A stretch of DNA of 64,000 nucleotides from Phoronis australis (Eukaryota > Animalia > Phoronida): positions 95,786 through 159,785 of the forward strand of contig NMRA01000440.1 in NCBI GenBank assembly GCA_002633005.1. Direction: 5' to 3'. The position numbers and the translations under genes are program-made. Numbering within the stretch: position 1 is the stretch's first letter; each line of letters starts with the position of its first letter. A model generated the notes under the pieces. That model was not told the DNA's origin. It saw nothing but the letters and a program-made list of their open reading frames with translations, and searched no databases. This document shows, one piece after another, positions 1-13,100 of this stretch.

Positions 1-661
1 GCAATAAACATTTTTGTGAATGATGTTAATTCCCGGGTGGGCCTCACTTCTTTTAGGGAAGGGGAGAATGTTGTAATAGTAAACATCATTCGTCCTTGTC
101 CTTGTCCTGTGCTGTCCTGTGATTCGTCCATGTGATAGTTTCCCGGATGGCACCAGCATAAAAACATCACCAAACCCGGGAACTTGGCCTGTCAAATCTG
201 GACCTTGGTGAAAGCTGGTTGTGTAGGCTTTCAGCCGTACAGATTGGCCGTACATTGTAAGTACTCTCCGTGAGGCATAACTAGTGAACCTGTGCAGTAA
301 TACAACAACTGTATAAATCACAACGCTGCGATATTAAATCATGGAACAACTGGATTGCTTGTAAGTGTGAAATATTGTAGTTATATATTCTTACAATAAA
401 CCTATGTATTATTCACCAACTTTTATAGTTTTCAACATCACCCTCAGTCCGCACCGGGCTCGTAAAATCGGGGCGCCTTGGACGTAGATACCGCCCCCGT
501 TACAATTTTAAGCCTAAGGAAATGGGGGACATTGGAAAGACAACGTTGCGGAATCAAAAGATACCAAAGTCATGAGTGTAGGTCATTGTCGTCATATTGT
601 AAACAATTACCAGGCTGGTTACCAGGCTTTTTCTCAAAATATAACTAACCTCCTAACTTAC

Positions 662-903
662 CCTTTCTGTTTTAAAACCAGATCCTCCTCTAACAATCCT
701 TTCAGAGTGAACAACGTTCCATTGTCGAAACTACAAGTACAATAATCTTTAGCCTGCAAATATTCCTTCTGGTCGCATTTTGAGGCGTATCCAGGAGACA
801 AACTGAACACGAGGAATAACACAAACACTATCAAATACGACGGCACACTTTTGTGAACAACAAAAACTTCCTTGGTCTTGGACGCGGCCATGATGAACAT
901 CAT
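662..903 (-). CDS. First coding exon of a secreted/membrane protein (signal peptide then Cys-rich start, possibly a mannose-6-phosphate-receptor-homology-like domain); gene continues left of the window
   Basis: ORF M(MFIM)AASKTKE...YLIVFVLFLVFSLSPGYA-SKCDQKEYLQAKDYCTCSFDNGTLFTLKGL has a hydrophobic signal-like stretch and ends at a strong donor GG|GTAAGT (661-656). CxCxxDxGxxxxLxxL recalls invertebrate MRH-type proteins (inference). Confidence 0.6.
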
Positions 904-1093
904 GTGATGTCATACACTGCTGACATCTCGTGGCTAAAAGGAACTTGAGACTGACACTAGGTGGGGCGCCGGCTGTCACCCCTGCTGGTTCCCAAACCTT
1001 CCCCGCGTGTCCTCTTCCTCCTATCGGACATGCAGGGAACCAGCGAAGTGATGGCGGTGGTTTAAAAATATTCACTGCTATCTGATTCATTCT
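904..1093. promoter_or_regulatory. Putative bidirectional promoter / 5' UTR region
   Basis: About 190 bp of GC/CpG-richer sequence (ggggcgccggc, ccccgcgtg) between two divergent start codons; short upstream ORF ATGGCGGTGGTTTAA at 1051-1065 on +. Confidence 0.55.
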
Positions 1094-1191
1094 ATGTGGT
1101 TTTCCAGTGTTTTGACTTGTGCCGTGATCGGCTTTTTTATCTACTTTATACTTAAAATCATGAAGAAAGGCAGTTTCTTATTCAGAATTGG
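1094..1191 (+). CDS. PNKD: PNKD-like exon 1 (N-terminal hydrophobic anchor MWFSSVLTCAVIGFFIYFILKIMKKGSFLFRIG)
   Basis: ATG at 1094, donor GG|GTAAC, phase 2 joins exon 2 to give LFRIGYFLYTRT. Confidence 0.8.
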
Positions 1192-4100
1192 GTAACTTAC
1201 TTGCAAATTTTAAAGCAGAATAGGCGTCATGTGCCCACGTCTAGGCAATGACACAGAGGCGATGGTCATTGCCTACACGTCTACATACTTAAAGTCTTAG
1301 TCACTACATACAATATAAGGCGAATAAGTCAAGCTGGGCACTGCTGTACGTGAACATGGAATCCTGCTTAATCTCAAGATTAAGCGGAAGAGAGTGTTGC
1401 GTGAACATGGAATGACACGAGGCAAATTGACAAGTTCACTCAAATAATCACGATCATGTTCATAAAAATTTGCACTGCTTAAAATCAAGTTAATTTGAAT
1501 GAAATGATGTTAATTTTAACCAACCTTTTCAACTACAGGCGATCAGTTTCACCAACCAATAATTGATTTAATCATTCACATATTCCTCCGGCTCAGCGAC
1601 ACAAGTTACGGTAAAGGAGAAAATGGTTGATCGTGAGGCCAAGAACGACAAAATTCTTTTCATCGCACAAAAATTTCACCTTTTTGCCTTAAAGAATATT
1701 CAATTCTAAGTTTACGCATACGCGATCTTGAGATTAAGCAGGATTCCAAGTTCACGCACAGCACTACCTAGACAGTGACCATCGTTGCTACTGGCGGTGC
1801 CAGTTGAGACGATGGTCACTGTACAGGCCTTCATGCAGCCTACGTCCTAGGCGTCCAAATGGACGCCCTAGCACTAATGTAGACACTCTGGCAAGGACGC
1901 CCAATGTATCATTTGGACGCCCTGTCAATCAGAATTTCTCCAGTTTGGACACCCACATTGTAAGATTACTAAGACTCCCAGTTAATCAAAGAGAGAAGTT
2001 GGCCCTTTTAACTCAGAAAGAAATATACAATGTATTTCAAATGTTGCAATGTTCAAACTATTTTCAAAGTATTTGGTAGACCTGTCAATTATTAGCACCT
2101 GTTTGGTTGCCAGAGTGTCTGCTTTCAGTAGACTCATGTGCCACCGCAATCCTGTACTTTATATAGGGACACGGACCTTGCTCAACTCCAAACTGGTGTT
2201 TCAGAGCTGTAGTTTCATCTACTTCATCTTTTTTGAAAACACCAAAAGCGAAATAAATGTCATTATTTTAATAATATGATGTGCCGCAAGAATATCCCCA
2301 TTTAAAATGTTTGAGTTTTCGACCGTTTCATGCTTTTGTATGTGCGTCTAAAATGGGCAGCAGTGACNNNNNNNNNNNNNNNNNNNNNNNNNNNNNNNNN
2401 NNNNNNNNNNNNNNNNNNNNNNNNNNNNNNNNNNNNNNNNNNNNNNNNNNNNNNNNNNNNNNNNNNNNNNNNNNNNNNNNNNNNNNNNNNNNNNNNNNNN
2501 NNNNNNNNNNNNNNNNNNNNNNNNNNNNNNNNNNNNNNNNNNNNNNNNNNNNNNNNNNNNNNNNNNNNNNNNNNNNNNNNNNNNNNNNNNNNNNNNNNNN
2601 NNNNNNNNNNNNNNNNNNNNNNNNNNNNNNNNNNNNNNNNNNNNNNNNNNNNNNNNGTGTTACTGGTGAATGGTGGTGGGGAGGGGGGGGTAATGCGTCG
2701 TTGGAATCATGGACGCCCTGGAATATTGGGAACCCATTTTGGACACCCTATGTTCGAAATCCTGGATGAAGCCCTGTCACTGTATAGGCAGTGCCCAGTC
2801 TAATTTGGCGGTCCCTGATTTCTGGAACCAGGCAATCACTGAATAATGAGACTATTATTAAAGTGGTGTCACTGTCGCTGGTTCTTTATAATAAATGAGG
2901 GGCAACTGTACACTGGTGAGATACACAAAATTGTCTACTATTTTTAGTTAGGCCTGTTTATGAAATTTGCACATGGTCAGAAATTTTTTTTTTTCAACGT
3001 GTACCACTTGCAGTGGCACCTATACTGTACTTGACACAGGCGTCCTCAGCTTGTAATTGTCCACATTACACTATATAATACTATATACTAATACTATAGT
3101 ATTATATAGTGTATTGTGGACGATCAGAAGCTGATGACGCCTGTGGTGCTGTGCAGATCACAATTGTCAAATGCAGCTGAGTTGCTCACCAGCACTCGAG
3201 TTATGATTAGTGGCCTGGTCTGCAGCCGGCACACTTATTAGTGTAATTAGTCAGGGAGGTCTCTGATTTAAAGGAGAATGCCATCCAATTTAATTAGTGT
3301 TTTTTGCAGTCTTTATCGGTCTCTATCCACTTCGCCTCGCATACGGTCAACCTTACCTTGCCAAGAGGTGTCTCATTAACCTGTGAAGAAGGTGAGAAAC
3401 GAGGCTAGCGACGTCAGTGGTTCACATGCAGAGTCAATGCCGCTATGTTGCGGTGCATCGTTCCTGCTTGTCCGAACTAAGCAGCTGCGAGGAAAGCGGG
3501 TATATCATTTTTTTACTTCCTCAAGAGTCCGAAATGCTTAGGAAGTGGCTCATGGTAGTGAAGAATGAAATGTACGCTGTAAATAGCAAGTATGAGGCCG
3601 TGAAACATCTCCGTGTCTGTGGCCTGCAGACGTCGACAGTGCCTGACGAATGCCGGTTTACCAAATAACTCCATACGTTTCGTTGTCTGAGCTTGTTCAC
3701 AGTGCCTCTCTAGTATTTCTTCATCACTGTATTCCTGTTCGAATTGATAGCCTGTAAAACTTAACGATCCACCTGCGAAGTCGGGACTGATGAGCTCTAG
3801 CTCGTCCTAAGTCGGGATTGCGAGTTGCCATGTTGGCGTTTATTACTAAGCGTACTGTTTCAAAACCCACGGCCAGGTGTTAGGGGAATCTTTATTTACA
3901 TTTACATTCCTCAAATAATGATTGTCAATGTACAGCTTCTGCCCTGATGGTGCTGTGGCCAAAGCGGATCCGAGTGAATTCGCGGTCCCCGACGAGGAAG
4001 TAGATTTGCAGTTTCGTGGCTAATTCACCAACATAATCACTTGCACATTACTTTGGCTCACTAGTATAGTATTTTCTTGACTGGAATAGTTTCCACTGAA

Positions 4101-7100
4101 CTTTGGCTGGTTTATGTTTGTGATGTCTGATCAGTTTCCGAGCCACTGGCCGGGATCGATAACGAGTCAATCCTGGCCGGCCGCGACGGGCCTGATCAGG
4201 CTCCGAGTCAATGGCCAGGATAACAAGCGTTTTGTGTTTAAAACTAAAAAAATCACAAGTTTAAACAACACAGACTTAGGTTCTCCTGTCTGTATCTCAC
4301 GGAAAATACTTTGAAATTATCTCCGAACAGACCCCAAACTCCTGGTACGGACCTTATTGGCCTGCCGAACTTTGTAGGCTATGGTGTGTCCAAATACCAA
4401 TAAATCCGTAAGAGCGAAATAAAACAACACATTTTAATAAGAACTTGGTGTATTTTTAAGGGTTTTACATCGAAGTTTGATGATTTATTGGTGTTAAACG
4501 ATGATTTCAAGCGATAAGCCGACACCAGTAACTCCTTTAAAGGAGCATGCCACCCAAAGAACAACCTAATTTGTATCAATTTAGATCGAGTAGTTCTACT
4601 CCATAACGACACGTACGGTTGCGTTACCTGACACCTGACGGCAGATGGAGGTGTTGAAATTATCCAATGACGTCATCGGTTTCACACGCAGTCTGTTCAG
4701 CAGTTCACAACACGGGTTACTGGTGTCGGCTTATCGCTTGAAGTCATCGTTTAACACCAATAAATCATCAAACTTCGATGTAAATAATAATAAAAAATAC
4801 ACCGAGTTCTTATAAAAACGTGTTGTTTTATTTCACTCTTACGGATTTATTGGTATTTGGACACACTGTAGATTACAAAGTTCAGCAGGCCAAAAAGGTT
4901 CGTAGCAGGAGTTTGGGGTCTGTTCGGAGATAATTTCGAAGTATTTTCCGTGAGATACAGACAGGAGAACCTAAGTCTGTGTTGTTTAAACTTGTGATTT
5001 TTTGAGTTCTAAACACAAAACGCTTGTTATCCTGGCCAGTGGCTCAGAACCCGATCAGGCCCATCGCAGCCGGCCGGGATTGACTCGTTATCGATCCCGG
5101 CCAGTGGCTCAGAAACTGATCAGACATCACGAACATAAACCAGCCAAAGTTCAGTGGAAACTAAACTTCCAGTCAAGAAAGTACTATACTAGTGAGCCAA
5201 AGTAATGTGCGCGTGATTATGTTGGTGAATTAGCCACGAAACTGCAAATTTACTTACTCGTCGGGGGCCGCGAATTCACTCGGGTTCCACTTTGGGCACA
5301 GCACCGTCAGGGCAGAACTTGTACTTTGACAATCATTATTTGAGTAATGTTAATGTAAATAAAGATTCCCCTAACACCTGGCTGTGGGTTTCACAACAGT
5401 TTCTGCCAGCAAACACTAAATTAGCATGAGCTTACACGGCCTCGGTGTCCCGTCAATTAGTTTTATTGCACCTAAAGCTGTAACGCAGTGATTTATTTAT
5501 TGCTGGCTTCTCAAATCATTTGCACTCACAAACACTTCAAAGGCATTACAAATTGCATCTAGTGAGACAGACTGTTTCAGTTGGTTAGGGTGAGAATAAT
5601 TCATTTTGAAACAGAACGCTCAGTAATAAACGCCAACATGGCAACTCGCAATCCCGACTTAAGACGAGCTAGAGCTTATCAGTCCCGACTTTGCAGGTGG
5701 ATCGTTAAGTTTTACAGGCTATCAATTCGAACAGGAATACAGTGATGAAGAAATACTAGAGAGGCGCCATGAAAAAGCTCAGACAACGGAACGTATGGAG
5801 TTATTAGGTAAACCGGCATTCGTCAGGCACTGTCGACGTCTGCAGGCCACAGACACGGAGATGTTTCACGGCCTCATTCTTGCTATTTACAGCGTACATT
5901 TCATTCTTCACTACCATGAGCCACTTCCTAAGCATTTCGGACTCTTGAGGAAGTAAAAAAAAAACGATATGCCGCTTTCCTCGCAGCTGCTTAGTTCGGA
6001 CAAGCGGGAACGATGCACCGCAACATAGCGGCATTGACTCTGCATATGAACCACTGACGTCGCCAGCGTCGTTTCTCACCTTCCTCACAGGTTAACGCGA
6101 CACCTCTTGGCAAGGTAAGGTCGACTGTATGCGAGGCAATGTGGGTATAGACCGATTAAGACGCCAAAAAAGACTAATTAAATCGGGTGGCATTCTCCTT
6201 TAAAGTGATTTGAGAACCATTTACTCCCACTGAATAATGATGGCTTATCAGTGGGAATAATTGGCTCTCAAATAAGTTATAAATCAGGGATCCACTTATT
6301 CGGCTTTACTGTTAACAAAATGTTCATTCTCAAGACCGTGTGTACATAAGGCTAAAATAAATAGATAATTTTGTGTTTTTCTCAGCTCACCTTCTATACA
6401 GCTGTCTTGTATGATGGAGGATACGCTTATTACTTGCTAAATTGTCAAAGGCACCTTTCTTTCTAGATGAAAACCTTTTGAGGCAGTTGGAATCTTCCCA
6501 CCAACTCACACAAATAGCAACATTATATCCTAGACTAATTGCATATCGTAATCCATCCTACACGCCAGAAGGTTTTCTGCAAATTACCCCAATTCTGAAT
6601 TCACTATCGAAGTTCAATAACTATATCTGGGTTTTGAGAGTAGATGAACACCTTCCTAAGAATTTGCAGTCATTAATTTTTTTCTCTCGCAATCAAGGTT
6701 TTTCCTAAATAGTCTTGTTCCTATTAAAAAACGAATCCTCTAGTGCCACCTGGTGACCCATTGGGTTTCAATATATTTCCACAAAGTTGGAATACTGTGA
6801 TATGTTGCCTGGCATTAAGATGTGTATCTACTTTGAGTATCCCCTGCTGAAGTAGATGAATCCTTGGCTGGTAGTGTCTAGTGAGGCTCTTCATTTCTTC
6901 ATGAGTCTTATTAAAGCTATTCAGTGATCTTTGCAACCGAAAATTCAAACTTAGCGGGTGTATTGACGTGCATAAACTTTTGAAAGCCAATGTCCAGGCT
7001 GAAGACTTTCATTGATGCCTGCAAATTTGTGCACGGAACTGGTACCAAACATAAAATGCACAAATATCCTTAACAAATGTTTTCACATCTCAAGACATTA

Positions 7101-10100
7101 AACCTGTCACATTCTTCAAATTTGTAACTGCAACTTGTCAAAACAGGTGGTGGAGAACATCTATTGACTACTACCCTGACATGTTCCACGCTTTTTCAGG
7201 TATTTCTTGTATACCCGGACACGCCTGGGTTATATTTACCATCGTCGTGATGTGGACAAGGCAAACAGGAAGTATCCTGATGGTCATTCTGTGGTGAAAC
7301 CTGTAGAGTTTGGAGGTATATTTGTTGTTTTGTAGTTATCAGTTTTGTGAGATTGCTGGTACATATATAGGGCTCCCAACTAGTGTGGCGATTGTGCTGG
7401 TCAGTATATGCATAACAATTTTGATTGTTCTAAGAAGAAATGGTTGTAAAGTTAAAAGTTCTAAAATATGGCGAGTTTACACTTTTGGTTTTCCACCATT
7501 GTTCTGTGTCCAAGATGGAATCGGGATGTAATATTATTGGCTTATTTTATCGGGGTGTGAATTTGCAAATATTTGATAGACAACGCTATGAATCCAGAAT
7601 CACCAATCTCCTTTGCAGACTTGACCATTATTCCTATTCCCATGGTGATGGATAACTATTCTTATATCGTGCATGAAAAGTCAACTGGTACCAGTATTAT
7701 TGTCGACCCCTCTGTTCCGGAGGCTGTTCAGGTATGTCACCTACTGGCCGTCCAAAAACAATTAAGTGTGGACACAAATTGAAGGTAGCGACGGAATAGT
7801 TTCCGGAATTATGCGCATCCTTTCTGCACCCCCATGCACCCCACTACATTTCAGAGTGTTTCCTCATAATTGCATGTGATGCTTATTGCAAGTCCAACTG
7901 AACCCACATGGGGAAGATGGACATTGCTGTTGTTATGCGCCCACATATTTATATGTAGACGCATTATGTCGTCATCTCTGTCTGTCCGGCGTCCGTCCGT
8001 CCATCTGGCGTCCGTCCGGCATCCGCTGCTCTATCTCCAAAACTCTTTGACATATGTTCATGAAATTTGGCACATATGTTCCATTCATGAATGGGACAGC
8101 ATGAGCAAACTTTCAGGCGGATCCGACCGCCGGTGTGCCCCCTAGTGGCAATTTTTATTTCTTACGCTTACCTTTTTATCTTCAAAAACCCTTAACGGAT
8201 TTTCATGAAATTTGGTATGTAGGCACCTATTAGTGAGATGACGCTATCCTCCCGTTTTTGGGTGGATTCGACGTAGTTTGTGCCACCTAGTGGCCATTTT
8301 TACTGTTTTCGAGTCTATTTTTTTGCGTCCACCCCTCTATCAACTAAACCGCTCAAAGGATGATTGTAAAAATTGGCTTGTATGTTCTTACTATGAAGAG
8401 GATGGTTGACGATTTTCCAAGGATTTTGACTACTGTGGCGCCTCCTAGTGGCAGTTTCTTTTTGCGCCTATGGGTGTATCTCCTAAACCATTCGCAAGAT
8501 CTTTACCAAATTTAGTAAGTATATTTATATGATGTTGACGACGACGACTTTCGGACAGATCTGACAACTGGTGTGCCACCTAGTGGCAATTTTATATTTT
8601 ACTTTTGCGTCTCTGTCTTCAAAGGTCCTCATCGTATTTTCATAAAATTTGGCATATAGGCATCTATTAATGAGGTGTCGCTATCTCTCCGTTTTCAGAT
8701 GAGTTCAACCTAGTTTGCGCCACCTAGTGGCCATTTTTACTGTTTTCGATTTTTTTGGCATTCACTAATCTATCAACCAAACTGTTTTCAGGATAATTGT
8801 GAAAATTGGCATGTATGTTTTTACTATGAAGTGGACGGCTGACGATGATTTTCTGATGACTTTAACTACTGGGGCGCCTCCTAGTGGCAGTTTTTTTTCC
8901 GCTCATGGCTGGGTCTCCTAAACTGTTTGCAGGATCTTTACTTAATTTAGAAAGTGTATTTACATGATGTTGACTACGGACAACTACGACTTTCGGACAG
9001 ATCTGACAACTGGTGTGCCACCTAGTGGCCATTTTTACTGTTTTCGATTTTTTTGGCAATCACTAATCTATCAACCAAACCGTTCTCATGATATTTGTAA
9101 AAATTGGCATGTATGTTTTTACTATGATGTGGACGGCTGACGATGATTTTCTGATGACTTCGACTACTGGGGCGCCTCCTAGTGGCAGTTTTTTTTTGCT
9201 CATGGCTGTGTCTCCTAAACTGTTTGCAGGATCTTTACTTAATTTAGAAAGTGTATTTACATGATGTTGACTACGGACGACTACGACTTTCGGACAGGTC
9301 TGACAACTGCTGTACCCCCTAGTGTCAATTTTAGTTTTTTACGTTTAACTCTGTATCTTCATAGGTCCTCAACAGATTTTCATAAAATTTTAAATGTAGG
9401 CATCTATTGGTGTGGTGACGCTATCTTCCGGTTTTGGATGAAATCGAGGTATTTTGAACCACCTAGTGGCGATTTTTTTGTTTTCAAATCTTGTTTTTGG
9501 CGTCCACCCCTGTATCAACCAAGTCATTTGAAAATTGGCATAGATGTTCTCAGTGTCAAGGCAACCTTTGATGATGGTGACTGACTACTGTGGCGCCTAA
9601 TAGTAGTAGTTTTGTTTTGCACCCATAGTTGTATCTCCTAAACCCACTGCAGGATCCATATTAAATGTAGTAAGTGTATTTATACCACAATATTAGCGTC
9701 AAATGGCAGATACAACTGTGTAATAACCCATAAAGTTATCTCACTAGTGAGATAACAATTTGGCGGGAAACCGAGGGCGGAGTCGAACCAGGGACCTTGA
9801 AATTGCTGCTCGCCGACTTTACCACTACACCATGCAGGGACTGACGTCATCAAGAGTAAAAATAGAATACTTAAATGAGCACGCGCAATAATCACGTTTA
9901 ACAAACCACATTGTACTGTACTTATACGCTACGAAAAATAAGACACATAATTTCCATAAAAATGATATCTTAATTCAGTGAAAATTTTCTCTCATGTCCT
10001 CTTACTTGTAAATCATCGATCTACAGTTTGAATGCGGGTATCGTGTTGTCAGGATCTTTGACTTGAGAATTATATTCAGTTACCAGTTGTAACCTACTTT

Positions 10101-13100
10101 AGCAGACAATAATTTCCCGGTCGTAGCTTAGCGTGAAAAAACGTGTTTTAAGTTATAATAGTTGGTAAACCTTAATTTATAAATTCAATTTATTTCTATT
10201 ATATTTAAGTTTTCAATTGGTTTTGAGTAAAAGCATTATTTGACAAAAATAGCCCGGCTTTTCTTAAAAGGTCACGACCTCCGACCCCGNGAATCACCAA
10301 TCTCCTTTGCAGACTTGACCATTATTCCTATTCCCATGGTGATGGATAACTATTCTTATATCGTGCATGAAAAGTCAACTGGTACCAGTATTATTGTCGA
10401 CCCCTCTGTTCCGGAGGCTGTTCAGGTATGTCACCTACTGGCCGTCCAAAAACAATCAAGTGTGGACACAAATTGAAGGTAGCGATGGAATAGTTTCTGG
10501 AATTATGTGCATACTTTCTGCACCCCCATGCACCCCATTACATTTCAGAGTGTTTCCTCATTAATTGGATGTGATGCTCATTGCAAGTCCAACTGAACCC
10601 ACATGGGGAAGATGGACATTGCTGTTGTTATACGCCCACATATTTATATGTAGACGCATTATGTCGTCATCTCCGTCTGTCCGGCGTCCGTCCGTCCATC
10701 CGACATCTGTCCGGCATCCGCTGCTCTATCTCCAAAACCCTTTGACATACGTTCATGAAATTTGGCATATATGTTCCATTCATGAATGGGACAGCATGAG
10801 CGAACTTTCTGGCGGATCCGACTGCGGTGTGCCCCCTAGTGGCAATTTTAATTTTTTACGCTTACCTTTTTATCTTCAAAAGCCCGTAAAGGATTTTCAT
10901 GAAATTTGGTATGTAGGCACCTATTAGTGAGATACGCTATCCTCCTGTTTTCGGGTGGATTCGACGTAGTTTGTGCCACCTAGTGGCCGTTTTTACTGTT
11001 TTCGAGTCTGTTTTTTTGTGTTCACCCCTCTATCAACTAAACCACTCGAAGGATGATTGTAAAAATTGGCATGTATGTTCTTTCTATGAAGAGGATGGTT
11101 GACGATTTTCCAACGATTTTGACTACTGTGGCACCTCCTAGTGGAAGTTTTTTTTTTGCGCCTATGGGTGTATCTCCTAAACCGTTCGCAAGATCTTTAC
11201 GAAATTTAGTAAGTATATTTATACGATGTTGACTATGGACAACTATGACTTTCGGACAGATCTGACGACTGGTGTGCCACCTAGTGGCAATTTTATATTT
11301 TACGTTTATCTCTGTGTCTTCAAAGGTCTTCATCGTATTTTCATAAAATTTGGCATGTAGGCATCTATTAATGAGGTGTCGCTATCTCATTTTCAAATGA
11401 ATTCGACCTAGTTTGCGCGACCTAGTGGCCATTTTTACTGTTTTCGATTTTTTTGGCAACCACTAATCTATCAACCAAACCATTCTGAGGATAATTGTGA
11501 AAATTGGCATGTATGTTTTTACTCTGATGTGGACGGCTGACGATGATTTTCTGATGACTTCGACTACTGGGGCGCCTCCTAGTGGCAGTTTTTTTTCGCT
11601 CATGGCTGTGTCTCCTAAACTGTTTGTAGGATCTTTACTTAATTAAGAAAGTGTATTTACATGATGTTGACTACGGACGACTACGACTTTCGGACACGTC
11701 TGACAACTGCTGTACCCCCAAGTGTCAATTTAGTTTTTTACGTTTAACTCTGTATTTTCATATGTCCTCAACAGATTTTCATAAAATTTTAAATGTAGGC
11801 ATCTATTGGTGTGATGACGCTATCTTCCGGTTTTTGGATGAAATTGAGGTATTTGCACCACCTAGTGGCCATTTTTTTGTTTTCAAATCTTGTTTTTGGC
11901 GTCCACCCCTGTATCAACCAAGTCATTTGAAAATTGGCATATATGTTCTCAGTGTGAAGACAACCTTTGATGATGGTGACTGACTACTGTGGCGCCTAAT
12001 AGTGGTAGTTTCGTTTTGCGCCCATAGTTGTATCTCCTAAACCCACTGCAGGATCTTTATTAAATGTAGTAAGTGTATTTATATGAAGATAACAGCAGAC
12101 GACAATGATGACTTTCAGGCGGATCCAACGGACACTGTGCCAACTAGTGGCAATTTCATTTTATTATGTTTTTCTTTGTTTTTCTGAAGCTCCTTGACAG
12201 ATTTTTATGAAATATGGCATGTTCGTATTTTTGGATGGATTGTATGTTTATGCGTCATTTAGTGGCCATTTTTATCATACAAATAAATAACCCTAAAAGC
12301 ACACCATTTGCAATGCATTGGTGGGCGCATTTCAACACTCCGTGTTGCTCTTGTTTTGGATTGCCAACATTTTTAGAACTTGTTGGTTAACTTTTCTGCT
12401 CGTTTTTCAGCCTGTTTTAGACTCCTTCAACCTTCAGCTGACTGCAATTTTAACAACACATAAGCATTGGTAAGCATGTCTATTTCTTGTCTCAGTTTTG
12501 GAAAAAGGCCGCATAATGTTACCAAGTTTTATAAAGTTTTGGGTTGTTGGCTGAATTGATATTTACCAGCTTTATATGGACCTTGAAACCTTTGCTGCAT
12601 TCCATAGACACTTGTGGAAATGGCAAGATCATGTAGGACTTGACAAGATACTGCCATGCATTATAAGATATTGACATGCATTGCATGATGCTGTCCTGTA
12701 TTGTAAGACACCAACATGCATTGCATGTGAATGGCAAGAAATGTATTGCAACATACTCCTCTGTGTTGCAAGACACCAACATGCATTGCATGTGAATGGC
12801 AAGAAATGTATTGCAACATACTCCTCTGTGTTGCAAGACACCAACATGCATTGCATGTGAATGGCAAGAAATGTATTGCAACATACTCCTCTGTGTTGCA
12901 AGACACCAACATGCATTACAAGACAGTGATGTGTTTTGCAACATACCGCCATGTATTGCAAGCGAAGAACAAAATCACGTTTAGTTAGCTTTATTCACAA
13001 GCGTTTTGACTCAGCAGAGTGTGCCCATGTCTTTGTTCAGACGATTGTCTGGTGCCACATGTACTGCTTAAAATGACTACATTTTTGACTGGTTAAGTCA

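Noticed and set aside
1-504. End of an LTR (AATAAA near 395, ending cccccgttaca)
   Set aside because: Only one end is visible and there is no PBS, PPT, TSD or second copy in the window.
2281-2803. ORFs of 157-162 aa
   Set aside because: They are open only because they run through the N gap.
9761-9841. Functional tRNA gene
   Set aside because: A and B boxes are present, but the acceptor and anticodon stems do not pair convincingly; a SINE head fits better.
7870-11983. ORFs of 65-120 aa inside the HINE-like elements, and likewise the ORFs in minisatellites at 12519-12988, 17413-17848 and 40630-41196
   Set aside because: They are translations of repeat sequence with no recognisable domain or splice support.
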